Assembly: GCA_002269645.1 (NCBI GenBank)
Contig: NIVC01003935.1
Location: forward strand, 1 to 64,000
DNA: 64,000 bases
DNA from: Macrostomum lignano
Lineage: Eukaryota
Direction of reading: 5' to 3'
The notes beneath the pieces are model-generated. The model was not told the DNA's origin, did not search any database, and saw only the letters and a program-made list of their open reading frames with translations. Shown in pieces: positions 13,330 through 37,792 of this stretch. The stretch's first letter is position 1. Each line of letters begins with the position of its first letter. A program made the translations under genes and the position numbers.

Positions 13330-14270
13330 GATTGTTTAGACAACGTCAATATCGTTTACGTTCAAGATAACATTGGACAATGGACTCCGATTTCTGTCCA
13401 TTGACCGCCCTTATTTTACGCGTACCTAGAGGTACTCCATTGTATCTGTGATTCGCGTAACTCGGACGCAGTGATTCGTGTACTGTTTGGACAGGTTGCG
13501 CATACTACAAATGGGCTTCATGAAAGCAGCCAACCAATTGACACCACGCACTTGCGTAGCAGGCCGGGAGGAAGACGCCATCCTTCATTGTTGCTTAATG
13601 GACGTGGGAAGAATGACGGAGAATTCTGCGGCAACAAACTTGATACTTCAGAATCAATTCCCACTGACAACCGTAGATCCGGCTCTCTGCTTGCTCTGGT
13701 TTCCCTTGCATTTTGTTGGATCAATACTCTGTTTTTTATCGTAAGTGGTGGCAATGCAAGATCTGGATTGCCATCAACGTCGACACAGTCTTAACATGTG
13801 CCAACTTGCTTTAGACTCGACAGGTGCTTCTGTCCTCTCTCACACAGAACAGCAACGTTAATAGTATCTCGTCTTGCAACCTCTCAGCGATGGAACGGTT
13901 GAAGTATTCGCGCATTTTCAATAAACTTCCTTTATTGGCTCGCGCTGCTTCACAGAACCCTTTCACAAAAGAAATGACGCACCTTGACGCGCAGAATTCG
14001 ATTGGCGTCGCTAAACTTGTTGCCAGAGATAATATTGGTTCGACGCTTCAGAACGAGAGTCAAATACCTCTGCACCCCAGCACGGACCATTTGATAGAAA
14101 GCATTTTGATGTTCGTTTTTTTCCTGCTTCTCTTTACTACGAGCGTATTTCTTTCCTTTGTTGGACTTTGCAACAAGGACTACTCAAAAACTCAGGACGC
14201 AGAAATTAAACTTGGTAGGAGTTTTTTTCAGGCCCGCTTGAACGCATTCTTTATAGTAAACATTATGGAC
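13330..14270 (-). mobile_element. Crypton-like tyrosine recombinase (DUF3504-type) pseudogene
   Basis: Minus-strand fragments in expected order: NIISGNKFSDANRILRVK; KMREYFNRSIAERLQDEILLTLLFCVRE; NWLAAFMKPICSMRNLSKQYTNHCVRVT (HxxR box); IRAVNGQKSESIVQCY (decayed GH..Y box). Stops and frameshifts throughout. Confidence 0.65.
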
Positions 14271-15421
14271 TAGATAGCGATTTTATATGTGAATTGCAAC
14301 GCTTGAAGTCGTATTGCTTGTAAGAGAGTGCTTGTGTATATTTATAGATCGCTTCACAAATAAAATCGCCATGAAGTTTAAGTTCTGCGTCGTGAGTACT
14401 CCTTGCTTTGCAACTGATTTTCTTTCTAGCATACTATTCACTGATGTTTAGTCTATGCTACGAGTATAACTAAAACGCCTCGTAACCCATTGACTAACGA
14501 TTTGGCAGTGCATTAGTAAATGTCTTTACCATAGACAATGTGCCGCAACGTCCAATTTGCGTGAAGTAACGTCCCGTTGCTGCACGCTTCTATTTTTAGA
14601 ATACTTCTTATTATTTAAGTTGAACTGGAACTTGATACAGTAATCTAACGTCAAAACCACAGGACTTTAAAACATAAAACTGCAATACTACTAAAACAAA
14701 TGTTGGTAAAACTTAGCAGTTTTTTTCAGTTTGGGTAGCATTGACGATGCCAGGTTGCATCCTAGGGCTTAAAATTGAACACGCATTTCGCAAAAGTTCC
14801 ATTGAAGTTAAGCGAAAACGCTGAACGGTTCCCCTCCATATTGGTGGAATCCATGTCGATCACCTGATTTATAAGGTACTGACTGGACGAAACAGGTCCG
14901 AGCTTGGTGATCCAGGCACGACCACTTTTGGGTCCGGCTCTTGGGCAACGTCAGCAAAGGTAGCAGTCATGGAACTAGAATTAGCAATGGTCAAAGAATT
15001 CTATTCAGGTTCATCGGTTTTGCTGGTGGATCCATACAGCGTGGCTGATAGTGCGTCCGACATGTTACCCATCTCCGTAACCTTGCGCTTTTCATGCGTC
15101 AGGTACCTAATTTTTAGGTTATAGCCAAGAAAGGCATAGGTAGCAGGTATTCAACGTCACAAGTGTCGATGTCGCAGTTATCAATAAAAGAATACGCAGT
15201 CAAAAAATCCTTTAGTTTACGAACAGCAAAAATTTCCTGCTTCTCAGTAGATTTGATCTTCGTTGCATCGTACTGTTGAGCAACAATGACCTCCAGTTCA
15301 TTGATGGTTTCGTCAGATGTTGGCAGCAAAGCAAGCAGCTCATCCAATGTTGAACAGTCGGAGTCTTCAAACATCACTTGCTCGACGAGAACATTCATGT
15401 CTTGCAATTCGACCCGGCAAG

Positions 15422-15617
<196 letters not shown>

Positions 15618-15768
15618 ACACAGCTCGCGTCGAATACCAGCAGGAACTCCAGCGGCGAGGCTGCCGGCCTCCAGCGCTGCTTCTGGCGCCGCTGGAAGGC
15701 ATCCTAGCGGCTGCTTCCGGTGCCGCAACTGCATGCTGCTTCCGCAACCGGCGACTCCATCTGCCGTC

Positions 15769-15933
15769 ATGTCTGATCTCCCCCAGTTCACAGTAGGCTA
15801 ACTGTGCCCGGCTCTGAGAGGAAACAACGGCCTACCGGTTTCGGGAAACAAACCAGAGCTCACTGAGCGGGTTCAAGCCGTGCTCCACCGCAGTCAGATG
15901 ACGCAGGAGACGCGGCAGAAGATGCAGCGATAA
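15769..15933 (+). pseudogene. SAP-domain-like fragment with internal stop
   Basis: MSDLPQFTVG*LCPALRGNNGLPVSGNKPELTERVQAVLHR resembles the SAP consensus (L.V.ELK..L..RGL..SG.K.EL..RL). In-frame TAA at 15799. Confidence 0.5.
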
Positions 15934-16700
15934 ATCAGCTGCTGACCGAGGAATAATCCACGTATATTGACGCTGCCAACATCTTTAAGGAGAGCCGATT
16001 TGCTGGCGACATTCAGCAAGCTCGGTCGCAGATCGAGACAGCTGCATTAGCTAGCCATCCGTGTTCACAAGATGGTGAAATCAGTGCCTTCTCTTGTGGT
16101 GCATATCCAAATTCAGTGTAATTTTCTGCAAACAAGAGCACATATCAGACAGATATTTGTCCTTGGGTTATGTTTCTCAAACCCCGCCTAAACCGAATGA
16201 GCTTCTTGATCGCAGGGGTTCTACTTGTGAATGAATTCTTCGAACCGGTGCCTGACTTCTCATTCATTGCTCAATTCAGGCTCTGTGGGTGCGAGCAAGG
16301 AAACAATTGTTAAAGGTGTTATAATAGTTTATCTTAAATAGCCACCTCTATTTACGGTAAGTGAATCCCAGTTTTCCTTCTAGAGTTTTCTATAACAGAC
16401 TTCTTAATTATATGTCTATGGTCTCCAAATCCAAACCTGTACAACTAAGTTTTGTTTGAGCTGCGCCAGAGCTAAATTCAGTGTTAATCTTCTCTTGCTA
16501 TCTTTTTCAAGACTCTCAATAAACGCCGACTTATTAAAATTCAATAAGAATTCCTTAACAACAATGTTCCCCCATATTACCCTCAGTAGTTTAGTACCAT
16601 CGCTATTCACAGGCACAAAAGGCTCCCTCACTGGTTGGTCCCGCGGACTCCCGATTGAAGTCCTAAGCAGTGGCTCGACCGTTGGCTATGGCCTATTTGA

Positions 16701-17027
16701 CTGCCTGCTCAAATACTCCTGGTTACTAGTGTGCCTCGCTAGATTGGCAAATGACTTCATTCCTGCTCAAATACTCCTGGTCACTAGAGTGCCTCGCTAG
16801 AGTGGCAAATGACATCATTCCTGCTCAAATACTCCTGGTCACTAGAGTGCCTCGCTAGAGTGGCAAATGGCATAAAGCCTGCTCAAATACTCCTGGTCAC
16901 TAGAGTGCCTCGCTAGAGTGGCAAATGACATCATTCCTGCTCAAATACTCCTGGTCACTAGAGTGCCTCGCTAGAGTGGCAAATGGCATCATTCCTGCTC
17001 AAATACTCCCGGTCACTAGAGTGCCTC
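16701..17027 (+). repeat. About 58-bp tandem repeat, about 5.5 copies
   Basis: Unit ATTCCTGCTCAAATACTCCTGGTCACTAGAGTGCCTCGCTAGAGTGGCAAATGACATC; the array abuts the LTR end at 17028. Confidence 0.95.
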
Positions 17028-18590
17028 TGTTACGTCCTTTGACGTATAAACTTTTGTGATGAGCTTATCACAGACGATTTTAATCCCGCGTATTTGAGCG
17101 GCCAAGGTTTTTCCTTTTATTTCCTTTTTCTTTTGCTGTGGCCCTTTAGAATCTAGCTTGACAGGCCCAGCCCTTAAACAAAATAGCGAAAATGTCAGAA
17201 TAGAATATATATATTAACATAGAATACGCATCGTTCCCCCTTTTGTCAACAAAATAATTGTTTGATATGACAGTTCAGTTCATATCATCAGTTTCTGAAT
17301 TCACTTCGCTACAAAAAAGTCCGGCTTCTTCAGCTTTGATCGATCCCGCAACATTCGCTTGTCAGCCAATTGATGATTGCCGTTGCCTTCAGAGTCGCTC
17401 TTAGGTTTGTTCGGTGTTGCGTCTTGTGCCTTGCCTTTGTCTATGGCTCTCTGAGTAGAGTCTTCCAGCTTGGATCCCGATGTCTCAGTTTCCTCCTGGG
17501 CTGGCTTCCATGCATTGCACTCAGACGATGTACTAGCATTATTCGAGGGCTGTAGCTTTTCATTGAATCCACTATCCAGTGTAGGCGGAACTTCCAGTTC
17601 GGACTTAAAGAGGTGATCAACGTGCCTTTTCCAAATCTGTCCGTTGACTTCAACTTGATAGGATAGTGGTCCAGTTTGCTTCATCACTTTAGCGTGCGCC
17701 CATTTGTTCTCATTCTCTCTTCTGAAGTCAAGAGCAAGCACAGTGTCGCCAACCTGAAACTCTCTGTGTGGAATCTGTTCCCGGCGCATTATCTGCTCAC
17801 TTTGCGAGTCCAGGACATTCCAATACGTGTCAGGCTTGAGCAGCTGGTGACTTGCCGGTGGTGCTGTGTGGAGTGCTTCGATATCGAAATAAGAAGTTCT
17901 GCAGGCTAAAGATAGGATTTCCATGGCTTTTCATACCTGCTCTGATTGCTTTCTTTGCCGTTTGAACCATTCGCTCACTGAGTCCATTTGTTCTTGGATG
18001 TCCAACTGCACTGAATATATGCTTGATATTATTCGATTTGGTGAATTCGACAAATTCTTGTGATGTAAACTGACTTCCGTTATCTGTTAGTATTTGTCAT
18101 GGAATTCCAAAACGGGCAAACGTCCCTCTGAAACTTTGAATAGTGTTGAAAGCGTTGGCAACCTTCAATGGAAAGATTTCCACCCCTTTCGATGTAGCAT
18201 AAACAATCACTAGCCAGTTGTATCCATAGCACGGTCCAAAGAAATCTGCTTGCAGTCGTGTCCATGGCTTCTCAGGCCAACAGAGAGGGTGTACAGACGA
18301 TTCCGGCGGCTTGCTTCGCTGCAGTTCACATCCTTTGCATCGCTTCACAGCTCTTTCTATTTGCTTGTCAATTCCAGGAAACCAGACATGCAGGCGAGCA
18401 AATTATTTCATTGAAACAATTCCGAGATGACCCTCGTGCAGCAGGTCTAGAACATGATTCTGAAGCCTGGCTGGAACAATGACTCGAATACCCCAGAAGA
18501 TGACTCCTTCTTCCAGACAGAGCTCGTTTCTCTTCTGTCAGTAGGTCTCCAGCTCATCGTTGCATCTATCTTGCCATCGTTGCATCCGGA
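17028..18590 (-). mobile_element. 3' part of a Gypsy element: integrase, PPT and 3' LTR (17028-17230)
   Basis: Integrase HHCC (LLHEGHLGIVSMK..WFPGIDKQIE..KRCKGC), core (KPWTRLQADFFGP, FARFGIP) and GPY/F-SH3 tail (KQTGPLSYQVEVNGQIWKRHVDHL). On the minus strand a polypurine tract AAAAGGGGGAACGA (17231-17244) is followed by TG...ACA, an LTR of about 203 bp. Confidence 0.85.
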
Positions 18591-19140
18591 TGATGAACAT
18601 GGTGAGGCTGCGTGGCCCTGGATATTAGGGCTCTGCCAAGGTATTAAGGATGACATTGTCGAAGGCCTCCTCAACGTCCAGGAAAAGCGAGAGGGCAAAG
18701 CCACTGACAAGAACGGGTCTCTCCAGGAAGTCAACGATGACATTGAGGGCACTCTCGACGCGTCAGTGGACCTGCCCGCGCGGAAGTCGTGCTGGTTCTG
18801 TTAGAGTGGAAAGCGCTTCAGCTTGACCGCAGGCGTCAAACCACCAAACTTTTGAGGACCTTCAGGCAGTAAGAGCTGACGCTGATAGACCTGAAGGTCT
18901 TCACCGATTGGTAGTCACTCTTTCCAGGCTTGGGGATAAAGACCGCCAGGGCCTCCACGCAACTGGTACATAGCCCAGTTCTACGCAAGCTCCGAGACGA
19001 TGACAGATGAGGTCCAAGAAGCTGTAGTTCTTCACCGCCTCGTGCAAGAACGCTGGGTAGATGCCATCGGGCCTAGGCACCTAAACGAGTTGAAATTAAA
19101 GACCTTGCCGCTCAAGTAATGCAGTTTTAATGACGAGTCC
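18590..19140 (-). mobile_element. Non-LTR (LINE) reverse transcriptase fragment
   Basis: LGPDGIYPAFL, FIPKPGKSDYQSVKTFRPISVSS, HFRAGRST and LFLDVEEAFDNV motifs of LINE RT domains 0-3. Frameshifted. Confidence 0.8.
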
Positions 19141-19179
19141 TCGTCCCACCCTCGCGAGTCCGTAACTGCGGATAGCTCA

Positions 19180-19247
19180 CATCAATGCTCAAACTGGCGC
19201 CTCATCAATGCTCAAACTGGCGCCTCATCAGTGCTCAAACTGGCTTA
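19180..19247 (+). repeat. 23-bp tandem repeat x3
   Basis: CATCAATGCTCAAACTGGCGCCT repeated three times. Confidence 0.85.
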
Positions 19248-19866
19248 TTAGTTATTTGGATTCAAAATGCAAGATTTATTTATTTACAAGCAATGAAGTC
19301 ATTTTAGCCAGTTCGTCTACTGGCATCCAGTACAAAGCTTGCATAGCTTATTAAGAGAAATAAACTTTGGTCAATTTTGACTTTATTTTAACAACATTAG
19401 ACTGGTCGGTTCTGTATTTGTTTATTTATTATTTTGATTACAAGGAATAAAATTGTTTAGTTTTGATGGAGATATAGGGTAGTATTAATAATCAACATTA
19501 CTGTCGTACGCTCGTACTATCAGTCGTACTGACACGAGAAGTTCGTGCAGCATTTTCTGTCAACTCTGGAAACGTCACAAGCCATGTATTGACGAGCGCA
19601 CCCTACAAAACCATTTACAGTAGCTTTAGCCATGCCTTTTTTATGCTTCTGGAATTATATTCATATTCTGCCGGACCCTTGAAGCGTCTATCGAGTTTGC
19701 TCGACTTCCGGGCCGAGAAGGACTCGAAAATCTTCGAGCTACACCTTTAGCTACATTTTGAATCCGATTCGGACAGCATTCCGCAAATCCTGTAAATGGA
19801 GGAGTGAAGAGGTAAGAGAAATGAGTACGCGTACATGGACAAGGAATATCTGGACAAGGACAAGGA

Positions 19867-20090
19867 GTGCCTAATTGATAAACACACAGATTAGCACAGA
19901 ATGGAGTTTCCCAATCTGAGTGCCTAATTTGACAAACACACAGATTAGCACAGAATGGAGTTTCCCAATCTGAGTGCCTAATTGATAAACACACAGATCA
20001 GCACAGAATGGAGTTTCCCAATCTGAGTGCCTAATTGATAAACACACAGATCAGCACAGAATGCAGTTTCTCAATCTGAGTGCCTAATTT
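19867..20090 (+). repeat. 53-bp tandem repeat x4
   Basis: Unit GTGCCTAATTGATAAACACACAGATTAGCACAGAATGGAGTTTCCCAATCTGA. Confidence 0.95.
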
Positions 20091-20169
20091 GATTTTATAC
20101 TCCTGTCGACACACTTTGCTCCGGAAGCAATAACACCTGTCTACATAACACCCAGAAGAACGCATGTAT

Positions 20170-20290
20170 CAGCTCCTTGGACTTCAATTCATGAGGGCCA
20201 ACCCCCAATGCACAGAGAGTGTACATGTCTGACAATTAGAAAGTCAGTGCGGCTGTACACTCTGTGTGGGCGCACGTGTGAATACTGGAG
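20170..20290 (+). mobile_element. Partial, old copy of the SINE core
   Basis: GGGCCAACCCCCAATGCACAGAGAGTGTACATG...GCGGCTGTACACTCTGTGTG matches the central part of the SINE at 29678-30037. Confidence 0.5.
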
Positions 20291-20650
20291 GAGAATTTTT
20301 GATTACATGGCTTAGAACGTAAAAACAAAACGTCAATCGCTTAAACGTCCATTACAAAAACCATCATAAGACGACAACATTAAATTCTATTCACAGTTGG
20401 CCTGTTGCATTTCTTATTTTTCAGCGAAAAATCGTCCATATCCTTGTAATGCTTCAAAATCAACAAAACTGCGACAGAATTCAAAGATTACTGCAGTCTA
20501 TTTGCGGAGCCTAAAATCTCAGCCAATAGTAAACTCGCTTTAAACCGACAAGGTCTTACCCAGCCCACGTGTGCAGTTTTGGTCGCATAAAACGCGCGCA
20601 GCGGGACGCAAAGCCACTCTTTGGTTTCCAGCCGTATCTCTCGCACAGAC

Positions 20651-32516
<11,866 letters not shown>

Positions 32517-32534
<18 letters not shown>

Positions 32535-33513
32535 CTGATATAAGTGCACGCGTACTCAAGAGCGCCAGCTGGCACTGACTGATATAAGTGCACGCGTACT
32601 CAAGAGCGCCAGCTGGCACTGACTGATATAAGTGCACGCGTACTCAAGAGCGCCAGCTGGCACTGATATAAGTGCACGCGTACTCAAGAGTGCCAGCTGG
32701 CACTGATATAAGTGCACGCGTACTCAAGAGTGCCAGCTGGCACTGACTGATATAAGTGCACGCGTACTCAAGAGCGCCAGCTGGCACTGACTGATATAAG
32801 TGCACGCGTACTCAAGAGCGCCAGCTGGCACTGATATAAGTGCACGCGTACTCAAGAGTGCCAGCTGGCACTGATATAAGTGCACGCGTACTCAAGAGTG
32901 CCAGCTGGCACTGCCTGATATAAGTGCACGCGTACTCAAGAGCGCCAGCTGGCACTGACTGATATAAGTGCACGCGTACTCAAGAGCGCCAGCTGGCACT
33001 GACTGATATAAGTGCACGCGTACTCAAGAGCGCCAGCTGGCACTGATATAAGTGCACGCGTACTCAAGAGTGCCAGCTGGCACTGATATACGTGCACGCG
33101 TACTCAAGAGTGCCAGCTGGCACTGACTGATATAAGTGCACGCGTACTCAAGAGCGCCAGCTGGCACTGACTGATATAAGTGCACGCGTACTCAAGAGCG
33201 CCAGCTGGCACTGATATAAGTGCACGCGTACTCAAGAGTGCCAGCTGGCACTGATATAAGTGCACGCGTACTCAAGAGTGCCAGCTGGCACTGCCTGATA
33301 TAAGTGCACGCGTACTCAAGAGCGCCAGCTGGCACTGACTGATATAAGTGCACGCGTACTCAAGAGCGCCAGCTGGCACTGATATAAGTGCACGCGTACT
33401 CAAGAGTGCCAGCTGGCACTGACTGATATAAGTGCACGCGTACTCAAGGGTGCCAGCTGGCACTGACTGATATAAGTGCACGCGTACTCAAGGGTGCCAG
33501 CTGGCAGTGACTG
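32517..33513 (+). repeat. 40/44-bp minisatellite starting inside the last GH31 codons
   Basis: Unit AGCGCCAGCTGGCACTGA(CTGA)TATAAGTGCACGCGTACTCAAG, more than 20 copies. The first unit overlaps Ser-Ala-Ser-Trp-His-stop. Confidence 0.97.
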
Positions 33514-34164
33514 ATTTGGAATCCATTAGCTGTTATATTGCTTTACTGTGCTCAAATTATTCTATGCTAAAATTAGCATTGATGAGTTCATTAATCTATT
33601 CGGGAATAATCGTTCCTACCATTGAACTTTTCATTCTGTTGAACAACACAACCTTGAACAACAGTAGCACCATTTAAGTAGAAAACAACTTTAAAGTTAG
33701 TAAGTAATAAATTCCAAAATTTACTCGCATGATAAAGATGAAAATTCTCAATTTTATAAAATTTAATTTTTATTATTATATGGTTATAAAAATCTTTACT
33801 ATCTACTGATAGTACGATCAATACTACTAGTAGCGTAATAATTTATCTTAATTTTTGTTAAACTGCAATAAGCACCTAACTCAAAACCTGTGTGTGCCAA
33901 TCCTACAATCTTTTTTCACTAAAATTATAAAGTATCCGGTTATTGCGCTTGCAAGCATCGAATTTTTAAAGCTGGATTCCTGAAAATATAGGGAAAGCTG
34001 TTAAAAAAACTTACTGTGTATTTCGAAGTCTCCGGAAAGGTTTAAAACAAAACACAAAGGTCAGTAATCAGATTGAACCATTTAACGGATCCAACATTGA
34101 AAAAATGTGAAAGGGTATAGGTGAAGTAAGTACATTAGACCTTTTAGTCACACTTAAAAAGTTG

Positions 34165-35520
34165 TAATGGCGATTCTTTAAGAGTTGTAGGGGCGATTCT
34201 CTATGAGTTGTAGGGGCGATTTTCTATGAGTTGTAGAGGTGATTCTTTAAGGGTTGTAGAGGCGATTCTCTATGAGTTGTAGGGGCGATTCTCTATGAGT
34301 TGTAGAGGCGATTCTCTATGAGTTGTAGAGGCGATTCTCTATGAGTTGTAGAGGTGATTCTTTAAGGGTTGTAGAGGCGATTCTCTATGAGTTGTAGGGG
34401 CGATTCTCTATGAGTTGTAGAGGCGATTCTCTATGAGTTGTAGAGGTGATTCTTTATGAGTTGTAGAGGTGATTCTTTAAGGGTTGTAGAGGCGATTCTC
34501 TATGAGTTGTAGGGGCGATTCTCTATGAGTTGTAGAGGCGATTCTCTATGAGTTGTAGAGGCGATTCTCTATGAGTTGTAGAGGTGATTCTTTAAGGGTT
34601 GTAGAGGCGATTCTCTATGAGTTGTAGGGGCGATTCTCTATGAGTTGTAGAGGCGATTCTCTATGAGTTGTAGAGGTGATTCTTTATGAGTTGTAGAGGT
34701 GATTCTTTAAGGGTTGTAGAGGCGATTCTCTATGAGTTGTAGGGGCGATTCTCTATGAGTTGTAGAGGCGATTCTCTATGAGTTGTAGAGGCGATTCTCT
34801 ATGAGTTGTAGAGGTGATTCTTTAAGGGTTGTAGAGGCGATTCTCTATGAGTTGTAGGGGCGATTCTCTATGAGTTGTAGAGGCGATTCTCTATGAGTTG
34901 TAGAGGCGATTCTCTATGAGTTGTAGAGGTGATTCTTTAAGGGTTGTAGAGGCGATTCTCTATGAGTTGTAGGGGCGATTCTCTATGAGTTGTAGAGGCG
35001 ATTCTCTATGAGTTGTAGAGGTGATTCTTTAAGGGTTGTAGAGGCGATTCTCTATGAGTTGTAGGGGCGATTCTCTATGAGTTGTAGGGGCGATTCTCTA
35101 TGAGTTGTAGAGGTGATTCTTTAAGGGTTGTAGAGGCGATTCTCTATGAGTTGTAGGGGCGATTCTCTATGAGTTGTAGAGGCGATTCTCTATGAGTTGT
35201 AGAGGTGATTCTTTAAGGGTTGTAGAGGTGATTCTTTAAGGGTTGTAGAGGCGATTCTCTATGAGTTGTAGAGGCGATTCTCTATGAGTTGTAGAGGCGA
35301 TTCTCTATGAGTTGTAGGGGCGATTCTCTATGAGTTGTACGGGCGATTCTCTATGAGTTGTACGGGCGATTCTTTAAGAGTTGTTGGGGCGATTCTCTGA
35401 GTTGTAGGGGCGATTCTGTAAAAGTTGTAGAGGCGTTTCTTTAAGGGTTGTAGAGGCGATTCTCTATGAATTGTTGGGGCGATTCTCTAAGAGTTGCAGG
35501 GGCGATTCTTTCGGAGTTTT
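34165..35520 (+). repeat. 23-bp minisatellite
   Basis: Unit GAGTTGTAGAGGCGATTCTCTAT with recurring variants (GGTGATTCTTTAAGG). Confidence 0.97.
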
Positions 35521-36057
35521 AGGGGAAATTCCCCTAAATAAGCATGATGCCTTATGTTAAACAAGGACCCGGGAAAAAAGTTATAAAATTGTTTCTCAAA
35601 TTTCTTCTAAACTGAGTGACAAAGATGCACTATAAAAATGTTCCAAAAATACAGGGTTTGCTAGAAACAGTTGCGATGAAAGCTGCTACAAAATATTAAT
35701 TGAAAACTCAGCACTCCTACAAGCAGATAATTTATAAGATCTTACAAAAGTAAACGCAACTTAAAGCCTCATCAAGGGAATATTCCGGTCAACATTGTGG
35801 AAAACTTGCTTGGGACAGGTGTTGAATAAACTAATACCTGTACTTAACAATCTCGCAATAGAATAACTAAGGATAATTTTTAGATCATTAAAACAAACGC
35901 AATAACTAAAATTTTTATTAAAAAATACTAAAACTACTGACCCTAACAAAAATATTAAAAAATTAAAGGATTGAGATTTCGGTGTAGCAGGTGAACGCAA
36001 TATGGTGAGAATAATGTCATTTCTACACTTTTATTATGTTAGTATCAGGGTAGGGTT

Positions 36058-36575
36058 TTGGTAGACTACTGACACAGGGGGTGAGAATTTGGTGGACTAC
36101 TGACACAGGGGGTGAGAATTTGGTAGACTGCTGACACAAGGGATGGGAATTTGGTGGACTGCTGACACAGGGGGCGAGAATGTGGTAGACTACTGACACA
36201 GGGGGCGAGAATTTGGTAGACTACTGACACAGGGGGTGAGAATTTGGTAGACTGCTGACACAGGGGGCGAGAATGTGGTAGATTACTGACACAGGGAGTG
36301 AGAATTTGGTAGACTACTGACACAGGGGGCGAGAATGTGGTAGACTACTGACACAGGGGGCGAGAATGTGGTAGACTACTGACACAGGGGGTGAGAATTT
36401 GGTAGACTGCTGACACAGGGGGTGAGAATGTGGTAGACTACTGACACAGGGGGTAAGAATTTGGTAGACTGCTGACACAGGGGGCGAGAATGTGGTAGAC
36501 TACTGACACAGGGGTGGGAATTTGGTAAACTACAGGGGTGAGAATGTGGTAGACTACTGACACAAGTGGTGAGAA
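36058..36575 (+). repeat. 31-bp minisatellite
   Basis: Unit GGTAGACTACTGACACAGGGGGTGAGAATTT. Confidence 0.95.
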
Positions 36576-37064
36576 TTTGCTGGGTGATTTGGTCTGGGTT
36601 CAGACCCGTAATCAAAGTGGCACTTTTTGAAACCTCTAAGTCTGCAGACAAGACTTCAGAGAGTGCTTAGAAACACAGGGGAACCATTGCACACTTTTTG
36701 GATAAGAAAATAGCTAAATTCATAGAAAGAAACAAAACGATTTGTTCTACACTACTGATAGTAGCATTCTAGAAACTGCTGAAATTATTGAACGCATGAA
36801 GTTGTTAAAGTGCCTTGATAAATCTCTTTTTGGCAGCTAATTTGACACCAATTCGATTGTTTGTTTTGAGTAGATGAAACACAGAAATTGTCAATACACT
36901 GATTAACTCAAGTCTTATGATTTGTTAATGGAAAAACGTCTACGCCCTTTACTGGCTATTGGCTAGTTAATAATAAAACGATTCTGCAGGACTTTTCATG
37001 ATGCAATTTGCAGTGAGTACCATTGTCTGAGCCAGGTGACACAGGAAAATTTCTCAAGGCGAAC

Positions 37065-37730
37065 GGAGAGAGGGGAGGGGAAGGAAACGGGCAGGAGGGA
37101 GAGAGGAGAGTGAGAGGTAAAAGAGAGGGAGAAGAGAGAAGAGAGGGAGGGAAAGAGAGAAGAGAGAGGGAGAGGAGAGAAGAGAGTGAGAGGAGAGAGG
37201 GAGAGGAGAGAGGAGAGAGTGAGAGGAGAGAGAGAGAGGAGAGTGAGAGGAGAGAGGGAGAGGAGAGAGGAGAGGAGAGAGTGAGAGGAGAGAGGGAGAG
37301 GAGAGTGAGAGAGGAGAGTGAGAGGAGAGAGGGAGAGGAGAGAGGAGAGGAGAGTGAGAGGAGAGAGAGAGAGGAGAGAGGGAGAGGAGAGAGAGAAGAG
37401 AGTGAGAGGAGAGAGGGAGAGGAGAGGAGAGAGTGAGAGGAGAGAGAGAGAGGAGAGTGAGAGGAGAGAGGAGAGGAGAGAGTGAGAGGAGAGAGGGAGA
37501 GGAGAGTGAGAGGAGAGAGGAGAATGAGAGGAGAGAGGGAGAGGAGAGAGGGAGACGAGAGAGGAGAGAAGGAGAGAGGAGAGTGAGAGGAGAGAGGAGA
37601 GAGGAGATAGGTGAGAGGTGAGGAGAGGAGAGGTGAGAGGATAGGTGAGAGGAGAGGAGAGGTGAGAGGAGAGAGGAGATGGGAGAGAGGGAGAGCAGAG
37701 GGAGGAGGGAGGAGAGAGGGAGAGGTGAGC
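37065..37730 (+). repeat. (GA)-rich polypurine low-complexity tract
   Basis: About 650 bp of GAGAGGAGAG-type units just downstream of the adenylosuccinate synthetase stop codon. Confidence 0.95.
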
Positions 37731-37792
37731 AGGTCAGCTGTGAATCCAGCAGCGCAAGCAGGCAGGCCTGAGCCGCAGTGCAGGCAGGCAGG

